In this document: piece by piece, positions 17,653-27,006 of the stretch
Numbering within the stretch: the stretch's first letter is position 1
Layout of the letters: each line of letters starts with the position of its first letter
Assembly (NCBI GenBank): GCA_046497275.1
Contig: JAWOFX010000096.1
Location: 23,202-55,201, forward strand
Origin: Promethearchaeia archaeon
Lineage (GTDB): Archaea > Asgardarchaeota > Lokiarchaeia > Sigyniarchaeales > SOKP01
Length of the DNA: 32,000 nt
Reading direction: 5' to 3'
The notes under the pieces: model-generated
The model's database searches: none
Told to the model about the DNA's origin: nothing
What the model saw: only the letters and a program-made list of their open reading frames with translations
Made by a program: the position numbers and the translations under genes

Positions 17653-17838
17653 ATGATCTTAGACTATTCAGATGTATTAAATTTGAAAGTAAAAGATCTT
17701 AATGGTGAAGCATTTGAAATGTTGGAAAATTACATTTGGGACAATACTACAATACTTAAAGAAGAGTATTATGACTTTCCCATAAAAAAAGCATTTGGTA
17801 TTGTGAAATCTATTTTAGAAGAGTTAATAATTTCTTAA
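17653..17838 (+). CDS. Small acidic hypothetical protein (61 aa), divergent from tnpB
   Basis: ATG start, host-like composition, no overlap with other genes; no family recognised. Confidence 0.4.
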   Translation: MILDYSDVLNLKVKDLNGEAFEMLENYIWDNTTILKEEYYDFPIKKAFGIVKSILEELIIS

Positions 17839-18087
17839 CTTTTTTTTCCTTATTTTGGACTATCCTTTCACATTAATTCCACGTTTCTTTGCCCCTATTC
17901 AAGAAGCCATACATCCATATATGGTTAAAAGATTACACATCAAAGATGAAAAAATGTTATAAGGTAAAGGATATATTCAGTCATAAGGTCAATCCTTCCT
18001 TTCCCGTTTCCAATGGATATGAGTTGTTTATTTTAGATTTTAAACCATTTTAACTTTCTTTTTTCTTATTTTTTCTTATTTTGGACT
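17835..18087. repeat. Imperfect direct repeat TTAACTTT...CTTATTTTGGACT (17835-17861 and 18050-18087)
   Basis: 13-bp exact core CTTATTTTGGACT at 17849-17861 and 18075-18087, plus shared TTAACTTT; ~190 bp between the copies. Confidence 0.7.
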
Positions 18088-18215
18088 TAATTATATGGGG
18101 ATGAAAGAAAATGTTTAATACAAATAGGTTTATATTTAATACAAATAAATTAAGTTTTTTAGATATTCCTATCATTAGGATAAAGCTATTTAGATCAAAA
18201 ATCGGTGTGCTATTC

Positions 18216-18803
18216 TTGACAAATAATGAAGACAAAAATATTAAAGAAGATGCTAATCAAGAATTAAAAGAGAGGTTAGATGGGTTTTCCTCAGTACTAG
18301 AAAAATTCGGAATGGATTTAATTACCAAACTCGGGAAAACGAATTTTAATATTAAAGTTTTAACCGACAAAGTTGAGGATTTAAATAAAGCAACTATAGA
18401 TATTAAAGCACTCATCCCAAAATTGAATAAAATCATTGAAAAGCAAGATACTCTTGAAACAGAAATAGATTTATTAAAATCGTTAGTTTTGAAAAAGTCT
18501 GAATCGAAAAGCAAGGAGAGTGAAGACCAAATTGAACGCGACTCATCCGCAACTGATAAAAAAGAGCTTATTTTGAAAATGATTATTGAATTTAAAGAAG
18601 GAGTGGGAGACCAAGAAGTTCCATCTAATATTATAGAAGATCTTGACGAATTAAAAGATAAGATCTTTGAATATACCGGAGGACATAAAATATTATATGA
18701 AATTTCCCAAATGATTAAACATGTCAAAAAAAAAGAGACGGTTTCTCCAGAATTAAAAGAAATCTTATATCAGAAAGCAACGTATTGGGCTAATAAACTA
18801 TAG
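18216..18803 (+). CDS. Hypothetical coiled-coil protein with C-terminal helical domain
   Basis: Heptad-rich N-half and helical C-half ending YWANKL. Start moved to TTG 18216 (GGTG upstream); the ORF-track extension from 18111 is low-complexity. Confidence 0.7.
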   Translation: MTNNEDKNIKEDANQELKERLDGFSSVLEKFGMDLITKLGKTNFNIKVLTDKVEDLNKATIDIKALIPKLNKIIEKQDTLETEIDLLKSLVLKKSESKSKESEDQIERDSSATDKKELILKMIIEFKEGVGDQEVPSNIIEDLDELKDKIFEYTGGHKILYEISQMIKHVKKKETVSPELKEILYQKATYWANKL

Positions 18804-18834
18804 GGAGAACTAAAAGAAAAAAACTCTTAAAGAC

Positions 18835-19407
18835 TTAAGGTTTCTTCATTTTTGATTCTAAAACCAATTTTGCGATTTTTCTGAACATCACTTTAACATT
18901 CTCGCCTGTTAAGGCAGATGTCTCAAAATAAGGAGCATTCAATTCATCTCCCAAATGTTCCATCATTGGAACTATAATCTTTCTCTCATCTTTTAGATCT
19001 ATTTTATTCCCTACAAGTATGCGGGGAATGCCAGATAATCCATACTTAACTCCGCTATTATACCAGTTCTTAACATTAGAGAAGGAACTACTCCGTGTAA
19101 CATCAAATACCAAAATCATTCCATCAGCACCATTAAAATAAGGACGATGGAGCATATAAAATTGTGGTTGACCAGCAACATCCCACATCATCATATTTAC
19201 TAGTATATCTTCTCCTAAATGATTCACTTCAATTTGTTCTTTTGTGATATTAACTCCGACGGTGGGTAAGTACTTTTTCTCGAATTTATTTGATGAAAAT
19301 TTTGTTAAGAGGCTCGTTTTGCCCACAGCAGGATCCCCAATTATGATAATTTTATATATGTGTTCTGTTTTTCCTTGAAACACAATTCCTTTGTTATTTT
19401 TAGTCAT
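18835..19407 (-). CDS. Rab-like small GTPase
   Basis: G1 GDPAVGKTS, G2 YLPTVG, G3 WDVAGQ, YFNGADG, G4 GNKID, G5 ETSALTG; no C-terminal prenylation cysteines. Confidence 0.93.
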   Translation of the reverse strand: MTKNNKGIVFQGKTEHIYKIIIIGDPAVGKTSLLTKFSSNKFEKKYLPTVGVNITKEQIEVNHLGEDILVNMMMWDVAGQPQFYMLHRPYFNGADGMILVFDVTRSSSFSNVKNWYNSGVKYGLSGIPRILVGNKIDLKDERKIIVPMMEHLGDELNAPYFETSALTGENVKVMFRKIAKLVLESKMKKP

Positions 19408-19539
19408 AATTCAGCCCATTCGATAAAAAATTATTTTGATAATTATTTACTCTATTAAGAATCTTTGATATCTTAATGTATTAAATGTTTTTATATTTTA
19501 CTTATAGTTAACTTATCATAAGTTTAAAAGTATTTTTTT

Positions 19540-20088
19540 TTAAAGGTTAAAAGGAACTGTTTTGATAATTTTAAAGGAGCTATTTTTTCTATTCTCTCTG
19601 CTAATAAAAAATATCTTATCCACGAGGAAAGTAAGTGGGTCCCATTTTTTTTGGAGTTTATTAAGTTTTTTATTAATTTTATACGTGGTAAACTGTCCTA
19701 CACTCAAATGAGGTTGGTAACCACCTCTAAATTGGATAATATCATTGCATTGTGGAACAACTTTTAATAATTCTCTTTGGAGAGAAATGATTTTTTTATT
19801 TGGTTCAGGATCAAGCCATATTGTGTAAGTTTGATATTTATGTCGAAAGTATTTAAATTGCTTTAATACGAGCTCAAAAGGTTCGATTGAGGCACAAACC
19901 TCGCGTATATAGTTTTCAATAGTATCATATTTTTCTTTTGGTGTAAATGGATACAAAAGATTAATATGTGGCATCCATCTCTCGATTTTTCTATCATATT
20001 TCTGTCTGATTTTTTGAATGGGGTCCCATTTTTCACGAGGAGGGATGATAACACATGCAGAAGTTACAACTTTACTCATAAATTTCAT
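19540..20088 (-). CDS. 2H phosphoesterase (2'-5' RNA ligase superfamily)
   Basis: Two H-x-(T/S/N) motifs: WMPHINLLYPF and YQPHLSVGQF. Confidence 0.88.
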   Translation of the reverse strand: MKFMSKVVTSACVIIPPREKWDPIQKIRQKYDRKIERWMPHINLLYPFTPKEKYDTIENYIREVCASIEPFELVLKQFKYFRHKYQTYTIWLDPEPNKKIISLQRELLKVVPQCNDIIQFRGGYQPHLSVGQFTTYKINKKLNKLQKKWDPLTFLVDKIFFISRENRKNSSFKIIKTVPFNL

Positions 20089-20147
20089 ATAAAATAATAT
20101 AGAATAATTAAAAGGTTTTTATATAAGAAGAGTTTATTCTAAAATGT

Positions 20148-20654
20148 ATGAACATCAAGCAAAGACATTTTATCCGTAAGGATGAATTAGAAGAATTAAA
20201 AGATAAATTAGAGAGTATGTATGGTGAATCTTTCTTAAATGAAGTATTTCCGAAAAAAAGCAAGGTAGAGATCATAATAACTGAAGAGGAAGATAAGCTT
20301 TATGCTATCAATGGTAAATTAGCCCTATGGAAGTCTAAAGAAGGGTATATTCCTATTCTCACTTTCTTATTAGATAATAGAGTAGGGTTAAAGACAATTA
20401 TTGTAGATATGGGTGCGGTTCCATATGTGACTTTGAATCAAGCGGATATTATGCGTCCTGGAATAACCAAAATTGATCCTAATATTAAGAATGGAGATAT
20501 TGTACGAATTGCAGATGAGAATAATAATAGGACATTAGCAGTCGGAAAAGCCATGTTTGATGCCAATGAAATGGAGCAAAAGGAGAAAGGAAAAGTTGTT
20601 AAAAATTTACATACTATCAATGATGATATGTGGGAGTTCGCAGAAAGTTTCTAA
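20148..20654 (+). CDS. DUF1947 + PUA domain RNA-binding protein (MCT-1/Tma20-like)
   Basis: IIVDMGAVPYV..ADIMRPGI..IKNGDIVRI..LAVGKA..KGKVVKNLHTINDDMW. Confidence 0.92.
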   Translation: MNIKQRHFIRKDELEELKDKLESMYGESFLNEVFPKKSKVEIIITEEEDKLYAINGKLALWKSKEGYIPILTFLLDNRVGLKTIIVDMGAVPYVTLNQADIMRPGITKIDPNIKNGDIVRIADENNNRTLAVGKAMFDANEMEQKEKGKVVKNLHTINDDMWEFAESF

Positions 20655-20835
20655 GAATTATAATCAGAGAGCAATGTTCTAATTCGCAATCCTTTAAAGA
20701 TCCCCTCATGAGGAAGAATTAATATCTAAAACTGATAAATTTTGAAATTTTCTAGATTTTAGCTATATTGATATTAATTAAATTATTTAGGCTAATTGGA
20801 AGTTACCTGAAAAATGAAATTAATCCTATTCTCCC

Positions 20836-21120
20836 CTAATTTATTTCTTTAAGAATTTTTGTAACTTTTTGCTTCTCGTTTGATGATAATTTTTCGATAT
20901 CTTTACTGCAAGCATCAAACGGATCCACACACTCCTCTCTAAATAATGAGAGAATGATTGGCATTGCATTCTGAATAAAATCTTGTTTTCCCTTATTAGA
21001 GTGAACTTCCATTAGTTCTCTTATCGCATTGCTTTTCAGCAATTCAATTTTGATTGGATCTTGATTAATATCAGAATATTTTTCAATAATTTTAGTAAAG
21101 AATTCTGTTTCACTAATCAT
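20836..21120 (-). CDS. Hypothetical protein (94 aa)
   Basis: ATG start, host-like composition, helical; no family recognised. Confidence 0.6.
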   Translation of the reverse strand: MISETEFFTKIIEKYSDINQDPIKIELLKSNAIRELMEVHSNKGKQDFIQNAMPIILSLFREECVDPFDACSKDIEKLSSNEKQKVTKILKEIN

Positions 21121-21676
21121 TTTTCTTTAGTTAGTAAAATTATACAGTTTATAATTGGATTTTGAATTTTATAAAGATTTTTTTTTTAGATTTTTTTGTT
21201 CCATTAACTCGTACATATTTTATATAAAAATTTACATCTAATAGTCAAATAAGACTTTAAAAATCCAATATAATATGTAGGTATATAAATTTTTAACTTT
21301 AATTATTAAAAAGTTTAATAAAAATGATGTCTGATTAACATTTTTCATTGATTAATAGATGTAATATAGATTCTTAAAAATTTAACTTAGATATTTAATT
21401 AGAATGATAAAAAGACAGTCAAATACCAGAAAATTATGCATTTTTTTCCAGTGGAAATAACACGTTTTTGACCCTCAGTAAATTTTATTTAGTAAATAGT
21501 TCACAATATTTTACTATTTGATTTAAAAAGGAATTTTGAGTTCATTAAAATATAATAATATATGCATAGAAATTGGCATTAAAATCAAAATATAATATCT
21601 GGATAATGTGTAATCTGAATAATACACTGGTATAAGAATGAACGGCTCAATTATCTACATATATTACTGAGATCTT

Positions 21677-21720
21677 ATCCCGAAGATCATAACTAATATA
21701 TACGCATGATTTCTCGGGAT
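21677..21720. other. Imperfect inverted repeat / stem-loop upstream of the 98-aa ORF
   Basis: ATCCCGAAGATCAT - 15-nt loop - ATGATTTCTCGGGAT; GC-rich arms in a very AT-rich intergenic region. Confidence 0.6.
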
Positions 21721-21758
21721 TATCTATTAAAATTATAAGATAGTGTGTGTGAAAATAA

Positions 21759-22055
21759 ATGAGTATGTTTCGAGGATTTTTGTTAAAGGAAAATTTTTGG
21801 GCTAAAAAAGGGAATGAAAAAAATGATGAGGAAAAAGTCTTTATAAAACATGATTCAAATATTGGAGGGATCTATGCAATTATCGAGAAAGATAATAGAG
21901 GCGTCAAGATTATCGCGAATGGTGAAGAACATTTTTTTACGAATTTCGATAAGCTTGATCTGTTCCTAAATCAATTAAATCAACGGAAAGATGATTTCAT
22001 GAAAATTTTAAAGAGAAGAAATCTTTCCCGTAAGCTCAGAACACTTGATATTTAA
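21759..22055 (+). CDS. Hypothetical protein (98 aa)
   Basis: ATG start with GTGTG upstream; globular-looking sequence; no family recognised. Confidence 0.6.
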   Translation: MSMFRGFLLKENFWAKKGNEKNDEEKVFIKHDSNIGGIYAIIEKDNRGVKIIANGEEHFFTNFDKLDLFLNQLNQRKDDFMKILKRRNLSRKLRTLDI

Positions 22056-22231
22056 TTATTTCTATATTTTTTTTAAATATTTGTTATTAAAATTTTAATT
22101 CAAAAACTATTTCATATCTTATGGTTAGAGATTTAAAATTCATCTTAAAATTAAAAAACCAAGATATTTATTGATCTTTCCGTTATGTTAAATAATCTAA
22201 AATTGTATATTCAAAAAATTAGGTTTATAAT

Positions 22232-23467
22232 GTGGAAAAACACTTTAGAAGCCGCTATTATTTAGTTTTAATATCTTCAGTTCTTGGTCCATTAAGTACG
22301 AATGCATTAATTCCTATCTTTGGACAACTTAGATTAAATTTTTATCTTGATTCAGTGTCGCTTATTTCTTTGGCCTTCTTCGTGTATATGTTACCTTTTG
22401 CGTTTATACAGCTATTTGCTGGATCCTTCTCTGATATTGTAGATCGAAAAAAGGTCGTGTATGCGGGATATTTCATTTTTCTTTTAGGGCTTCTCTTAAC
22501 ATTTCTCTCTGTTATGGTGAGAAGTTATTTTTTATTTTTAGCAGGGTTTCTATTTCAAGGAATTGGTTTCGCATTCATTAATCCTACAGTCTTGGCAATC
22601 TTATCAATAATAACACCTGAAAAAAAGGAAGGATTAATAATGGGGTTATATAACTCATCTGCTGGAATCGGCGTAAGTGGAGGTGCTCTAATTTCAGGAT
22701 TATTAGCAAATATAGATTGGAGAATACTATTTATCATCAATCCTATAATCACCTTCTTTTCTTTAGTATTTTTTATTTATGCCTTGAAGCAATGTGAAGC
22801 TTTAGTTTGTAGAACCTATGAATTGAGTGGAAAAAATAAATTCGAAAATATCAAGTCGAGCATTATTGATTTATTTCATCAAATAAGTAATAATTTAAAA
22901 ATGAATATAACCCTTCTGGGAATGCTAGGTTTCTTTGGCTTTTTTTCTGTTATAACCTTAACTAACACCTTAAACGATCAAATCGATATAGCAATATCAG
23001 GACTATCACAAGTGGAGATAACAAATTATGTTAGTCTGATACTCACGATAAATGGGTTGATTTCAACAGGAATCTCTCCCTTTAGTGGATATATTTTGAA
23101 TAAAATTAAGCCTTTAATTATGATGATGATTGGATTCATACTAATGATCGCTATAATTGGAATGCCTATTAGCCAATCAATCCTGGAGTTTATGATAATT
23201 AGTTTTATTATATATTTAGGTTCTGCTTTTATTTGGCCTGCACTCTTTAAAGAATCTATGGATATAAATCCCGAAGCAAGAGGTACGAGCTCAGCAATTA
23301 TAAATAGTTTAAGATTCTTAGGTTATTCACTTGTGGGACCTATGTATGTGATACTAAATATCCCGTTTATCTATTACTTAGTTTTAGCTTTTATAGCGTT
23401 TTCTTTAATAATTATCATAGGATTAAGACACTTCATTAAAGAGTCAAACAAAAAAAATACGAAATAA
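22232..23467 (+). CDS. MFS transporter (DHA1/Bcr-like)
   Basis: ~12 TM helices; motif A variant GSFSDIVDRKKV; QGIGFAF; RGTSSAIINSLRFLG; GTG start. Confidence 0.9.
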   Translation: MEKHFRSRYYLVLISSVLGPLSTNALIPIFGQLRLNFYLDSVSLISLAFFVYMLPFAFIQLFAGSFSDIVDRKKVVYAGYFIFLLGLLLTFLSVMVRSYFLFLAGFLFQGIGFAFINPTVLAILSIITPEKKEGLIMGLYNSSAGIGVSGGALISGLLANIDWRILFIINPIITFFSLVFFIYALKQCEALVCRTYELSGKNKFENIKSSIIDLFHQISNNLKMNITLLGMLGFFGFFSVITLTNTLNDQIDIAISGLSQVEITNYVSLILTINGLISTGISPFSGYILNKIKPLIMMMIGFILMIAIIGMPISQSILEFMIISFIIYLGSAFIWPALFKESMDINPEARGTSSAIINSLRFLGYSLVGPMYVILNIPFIYYLVLAFIAFSLIIIIGLRHFIKESNKKNTK

Positions 23468-23639
23468 AAGGATTAAATCATATACCCTTTAATAATTATT
23501 TTGGGGGAAAGAGTAAATGTTTAAATAGTAAGCTATCCCAATAAATCATTAAATATTCGCTATTATCAAAACAATTTCATGGTGATGCAAAATTTTCGAA
23601 AAAATAAAAAATATAGAACCAGCAACTAAACTTCGAGTT

Positions 23640-24002
23640 ATGTTTTTATTTAATATTTGTACTCTACTTCCCGTAGGATTGCTTATGCTTATTCTTCCAA
23701 ACATATTTTATAGTATTTTCGCTTGGCCTGCACAGAATTCCTATCTTTTGGGTATCATAGCTTCTTTATGGTTGATTCTCGGATTTCTCTCAATATTCGG
23801 ATATTCTGATCCAGAAAAATATATCCCAGTATTATTGTTACAACTATTCTATCAACTTGTTTGGATCTTTGGAGTTTTTTTAGTTAACACGATTATAAAC
23901 CCTAACTTAGAAATATGGACGATAATCTTGGTAATATTAATGTCAATCTATACTGTGGGAGATCTTTTAGTAATACCATTTAGATCTTTTTTCGAGATTT
24001 AA
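23640..24002 (+). CDS. Small 4-TM membrane protein (start may lie ~50 nt upstream)
   Basis: Four hydrophobic segments with DPEKYIPVLLLQLFY; the frame is open back to a TGA at 23583-23585. Confidence 0.7.
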   Translation: MFLFNICTLLPVGLLMLILPNIFYSIFAWPAQNSYLLGIIASLWLILGFLSIFGYSDPEKYIPVLLLQLFYQLVWIFGVFLVNTIINPNLEIWTIILVILMSIYTVGDLLVIPFRSFFEI

Positions 24003-24027
24003 GATTTTTAATAATTTTTTTTCTTTT

Positions 24028-24544
24028 TTAAATTCTTATTGTTTTACTCAATCTACCATCTTGATTTTGATAAATGGTATTGGTTTTTTTAGCCAATATG
24101 AATATCGTGAGTAATGGCTATAATGGTTTGATTTTCAGATTTATTAAGGGATATTAGATAATCCATTATCATATCAACAGTGTGAGTGTCAAGATCTCCA
24201 GTGATTTCATCAGCAAGAAGGATACTTGGTTTATTAACTAAAGCTCTGGCTATTGCTACCCTCTGCTGTTGTCCTCTTGATAATTCATTGAGTTTATGTT
24301 CTTTATATCTTTCCAATTCTACTTTTTTCAATATTTCATCAACCTTATTCATCCTTTCTTTTTTATTCACCCCAGCTATGATTAAGGGCAATTCTACATT
24401 CTCATAGCAAGAGAGAACAGGAATTAGATTAAAGAATTGGAATATGAATCCTATTTCCTACCTTCGAAATTTAGTTAATTCAGAGTCGTTTAATTTCTCC
24501 AAATCGTTTTCATTAATGTAAATTTTACCTTTTGTAGGTGTATC
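24028..24544 (-). pseudogene. Degraded LolD/MacB-type ABC transporter ATP-binding gene
   Basis: [74 protein letters not shown]..THD. In-frame TAG at 24458-24460; N-terminus and Walker A missing; signature LSGG>LSRG; frameshift near 24092 (tail AKKTNTIYQNQDGRL continues in another frame to the stop at 24028-24030). Confidence 0.9.
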
Positions 24545-24617
24545 TTACATTATTAAAAAGTCATAGATAAAGGCATTATTTATATTTATTCATATAGTAA
24601 AGGAAAATAAATTTTTG

Positions 24618-26078
24618 TTAAGGTTTTATAATATCTCTCGAAGCACTTTCATTTTTATCTGTTTCCAAAATTTTTGCTCTCTCCTTCAAAATTTTTTGGA
24701 TTATTTTACGATCATCCCGATACCATCGAAGCGCGATTATCCATAGGATAGCTCCCGGTAAGATACATAAAACCACAAGAAGTACAGTTACCTGATAATT
24801 CTGGGCAGTAATAGAGAGTAGAAATCCACAGAGGATAGGTCCCACACCTCTTCCAAAAGCCTCAAGGAATTGGTTCCAAGAGATTATCTGTCCTTGAGCC
24901 TCAGGGAGATTAATTGCTTGGAGAACGGGACTCTGATTGACCACATAAAGAGAAAAGAAAGAGGTCGATGTGAAGTATAATATTCCCATAATCCAAATTA
25001 TTGGAAGAGTTAACAAAAATCCAATATCCTCTCCTTGTGCCGGAGTTAATGGTTTCCAAGGAAGGAAAAAGAAAGTTGCGAAGGTGACTAATCCTCCAAC
25101 TATAGAGATAACAATAATAGGAAGTCTAATTAGTTCATTTTTTTCTGCCAATTTATCGCTGATTTTTGCTAAAATTAATTGTCCAACAATTCCTCCCGTG
25201 AGCCCAAAAACAACGAGGAAAACACTTGTGGAAAATTCAGATATATTTATCGGTGGATTCTGAATAAAATTCAATATCATAAAATTTAGACTAGACATTA
25301 AAATCCAAGTAAAAATTCCTTCAACAAGCGCAACAATATTGGTTTTACTTAACATGGTTTTCTTCATCATTTCCTTATCTATTTGAAATTCATAGGAAAC
25401 ATCATCAGCCTTTAAGACGGTGTAAAGCTCTTCTTGAAATGCACCTCTTTTAGGTTCATCATTATGTATAGCAAAAACCAAACCCGCCAACAAAATCAAT
25501 GCACCAATTCCTAGGAAAAATTCTCTCCATAACCCAATCTGGACAAGATATGTTGCTACGAGCCATCCTGATGTATTAGTTGCTCTTCGAACGAGTTCAT
25601 AAACTCCGAAAAATTGGGAACGTTGGAATCTCGGTACTGTATCATTTGAAAGAGAGATGACAGCTGGCCAACTTCCACCAGCAAAAAACCCAAAGATAGA
25701 GATTAAGACTAAAAAATAAGCCCAAGTTAAAGTTCCTTTACCAGCTACAGCAAATCCTAACAAGAATATCGGTATGCCACGGAATACAGAAATAATAATA
25801 ATGATATGCTTTCTAGAATACTTATCTATCAATCTACCAAAAACTAATCCTCCAACTGCCGAACTCCATGAAAGAGAAGAGTAAAGGATTCCCATTTCAA
25901 TAAAATGAGTGGTTTCTGTAGGCCAGAAAATCTCTGACAAAGGTACGATAAGAACAATAAATGACCCGTAAGCTATGGATTGAAATCCATTTAGTAAGTA
26001 CAAAGGCCATAAGAGTTTATTGTAATTAACCTTATCGTTTAGATTAGTATCTTTGAGATTTTTAGTTATTTTACCCAT
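24618..26078 (-). CDS. MFS transporter (spinster-like)
   Basis: Motif A GRLIDKYSRK, SLSNDTVPRFQRSQFFG, second motif ISDKLAEK, NLPEAQG; ~12 TM helices. Confidence 0.88.
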   Translation of the reverse strand: MGKITKNLKDTNLNDKVNYNKLLWPLYLLNGFQSIAYGSFIVLIVPLSEIFWPTETTHFIEMGILYSSLSWSSAVGGLVFGRLIDKYSRKHIIIIISVFRGIPIFLLGFAVAGKGTLTWAYFLVLISIFGFFAGGSWPAVISLSNDTVPRFQRSQFFGVYELVRRATNTSGWLVATYLVQIGLWREFFLGIGALILLAGLVFAIHNDEPKRGAFQEELYTVLKADDVSYEFQIDKEMMKKTMLSKTNIVALVEGIFTWILMSSLNFMILNFIQNPPINISEFSTSVFLVVFGLTGGIVGQLILAKISDKLAEKNELIRLPIIVISIVGGLVTFATFFFLPWKPLTPAQGEDIGFLLTLPIIWIMGILYFTSTSFFSLYVVNQSPVLQAINLPEAQGQIISWNQFLEAFGRGVGPILCGFLLSITAQNYQVTVLLVVLCILPGAILWIIALRWYRDDRKIIQKILKERAKILETDKNESASRDIIKP

Positions 26079-26298
26079 GATATTGAAAAATTTAAGTTAT
26101 TAGATAATAGTATTGCTAATTAATCTGAAGTTGGCTTAAAAAATTATATAAATTTAAGATTTAATTATCTTAAAAAATATAACTTAATTCTAAAAAATAT
26201 CGAAATACATACATCAAGATTTATTAAGATATACAACCTCATTTTATATTAACAATAATTTTTATCATAACCTAATAAATCATAGGATAAGTGAAAAT

Positions 26299-27006
26299 AT
26301 GGCAATTGAAGATATATTATTGAATGGTGGCTCTGCTTTAGGTGTGGTTATATCAAATGTGTTAATCGGTATCTATATTTTATATAAGGGATTGAAATTA
26401 AAAGCGAAGTTATTGAAATATGCGGGAATTATGATTATTCTGATTGGGATGCTTTGGTTAGGACCCGCAACTGACTTTTTAACGATATTGACATCCACAG
26501 AGAATTTGGATCCTCCCATAATTTACGCATTTTTATCCTATATCTGGGTAGCTCCCGCCATTTTTATCGCAATGCTTATTGGAACTGAATTAATCACGCC
26601 AAACAGGAAAAATATAATATTAGTGGTGGTTGCGGTGCTTGGTGTAATATTTGCTATAGGATTAATATTCTTTCCTTATAATAATCAAACATTTGAATAT
26701 GATCTTCCTGCATCACCGGGAGAGAATATTATTGATACCTCCTTTAATTTAACATTTTTCTCATCCTGGGCCCTCGCAGCGATATTGCTATTCGTTATAG
26801 TGTTTAATGGCATTGGATCTGCAATTAAAGCTAAAGAATCTACAGGTATATTAAGAAAAAAGTTTACATACCTTGCACTTGGATTTATAATTTTCCCTAT
26901 AGCGGCGCTATTTGATACATTAGTTCCACCAGGACCTTTACTTCCGATTGTGAGAATAACTGTTGTAATTACGGCAATTTTACTTTACTTGGGATTGAAA
27001 CCTTAA
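26299..27006 (+). CDS. Stand-alone 7-TM membrane protein (resembles the N-terminal 7TM sensor region of histidine kinases)
   Basis: Seven hydrophobic segments, a loop between TM4 and TM5, RKK before TM6; no cytoplasmic output domain. Confidence 0.7.
   Translation: MAIEDILLNGGSALGVVISNVLIGIYILYKGLKLKAKLLKYAGIMIILIGMLWLGPATDFLTILTSTENLDPPIIYAFLSYIWVAPAIFIAMLIGTELITPNRKNIILVVVAVLGVIFAIGLIFFPYNNQTFEYDLPASPGENIIDTSFNLTFFSSWALAAILLFVIVFNGIGSAIKAKESTGILRKKFTYLALGFIIFPIAALFDTLVPPGPLLPIVRITVVITAILLYLGLKP

Noticed and set aside
17448-18110. CRISPR array or tnpA next to the TnpB
   Set aside because: Only two imperfect T-rich repeats ~190 bp apart, with no regular repeat-spacer period; no HuH-Y1 or serine-recombinase motifs seen in the frames examined.
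19454-19477. TTAAGA-N-TCTTAA palindromes (19454-19477; similar at 26154-26173) as a shared operator
   Set aside because: 7-bp AT-only arms with different spacings are expected by chance in this base composition.
17156-20620. ORFs 17156-17347, 18050-18235, 18257-18727, 19863-20054 and 20438-20620
   Set aside because: Nested in or antisense to stronger genes; composition reflects antisense codon bias.
20704-20713. Perfect 10-bp palindrome CCTCATGAGG between convergent genes
   Set aside because: Single occurrence of a short palindrome with no supporting context.
21677-21720. SECIS-like element
   Set aside because: No AUGA/GA kink-turn arrangement with apical AA, it lies 5' of a gene, and no in-frame TGA selenoprotein candidate was seen in the window.
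24458-24460. Pyrrolysine readthrough of the in-frame TAG
   Set aside because: The gene also lacks Walker A, has a frameshift and has degenerate motifs; plain pseudogenisation is more parsimonious.
26299-27006. Rhodopsin
   Set aside because: No retinal-binding Lys motif in the seventh helix.
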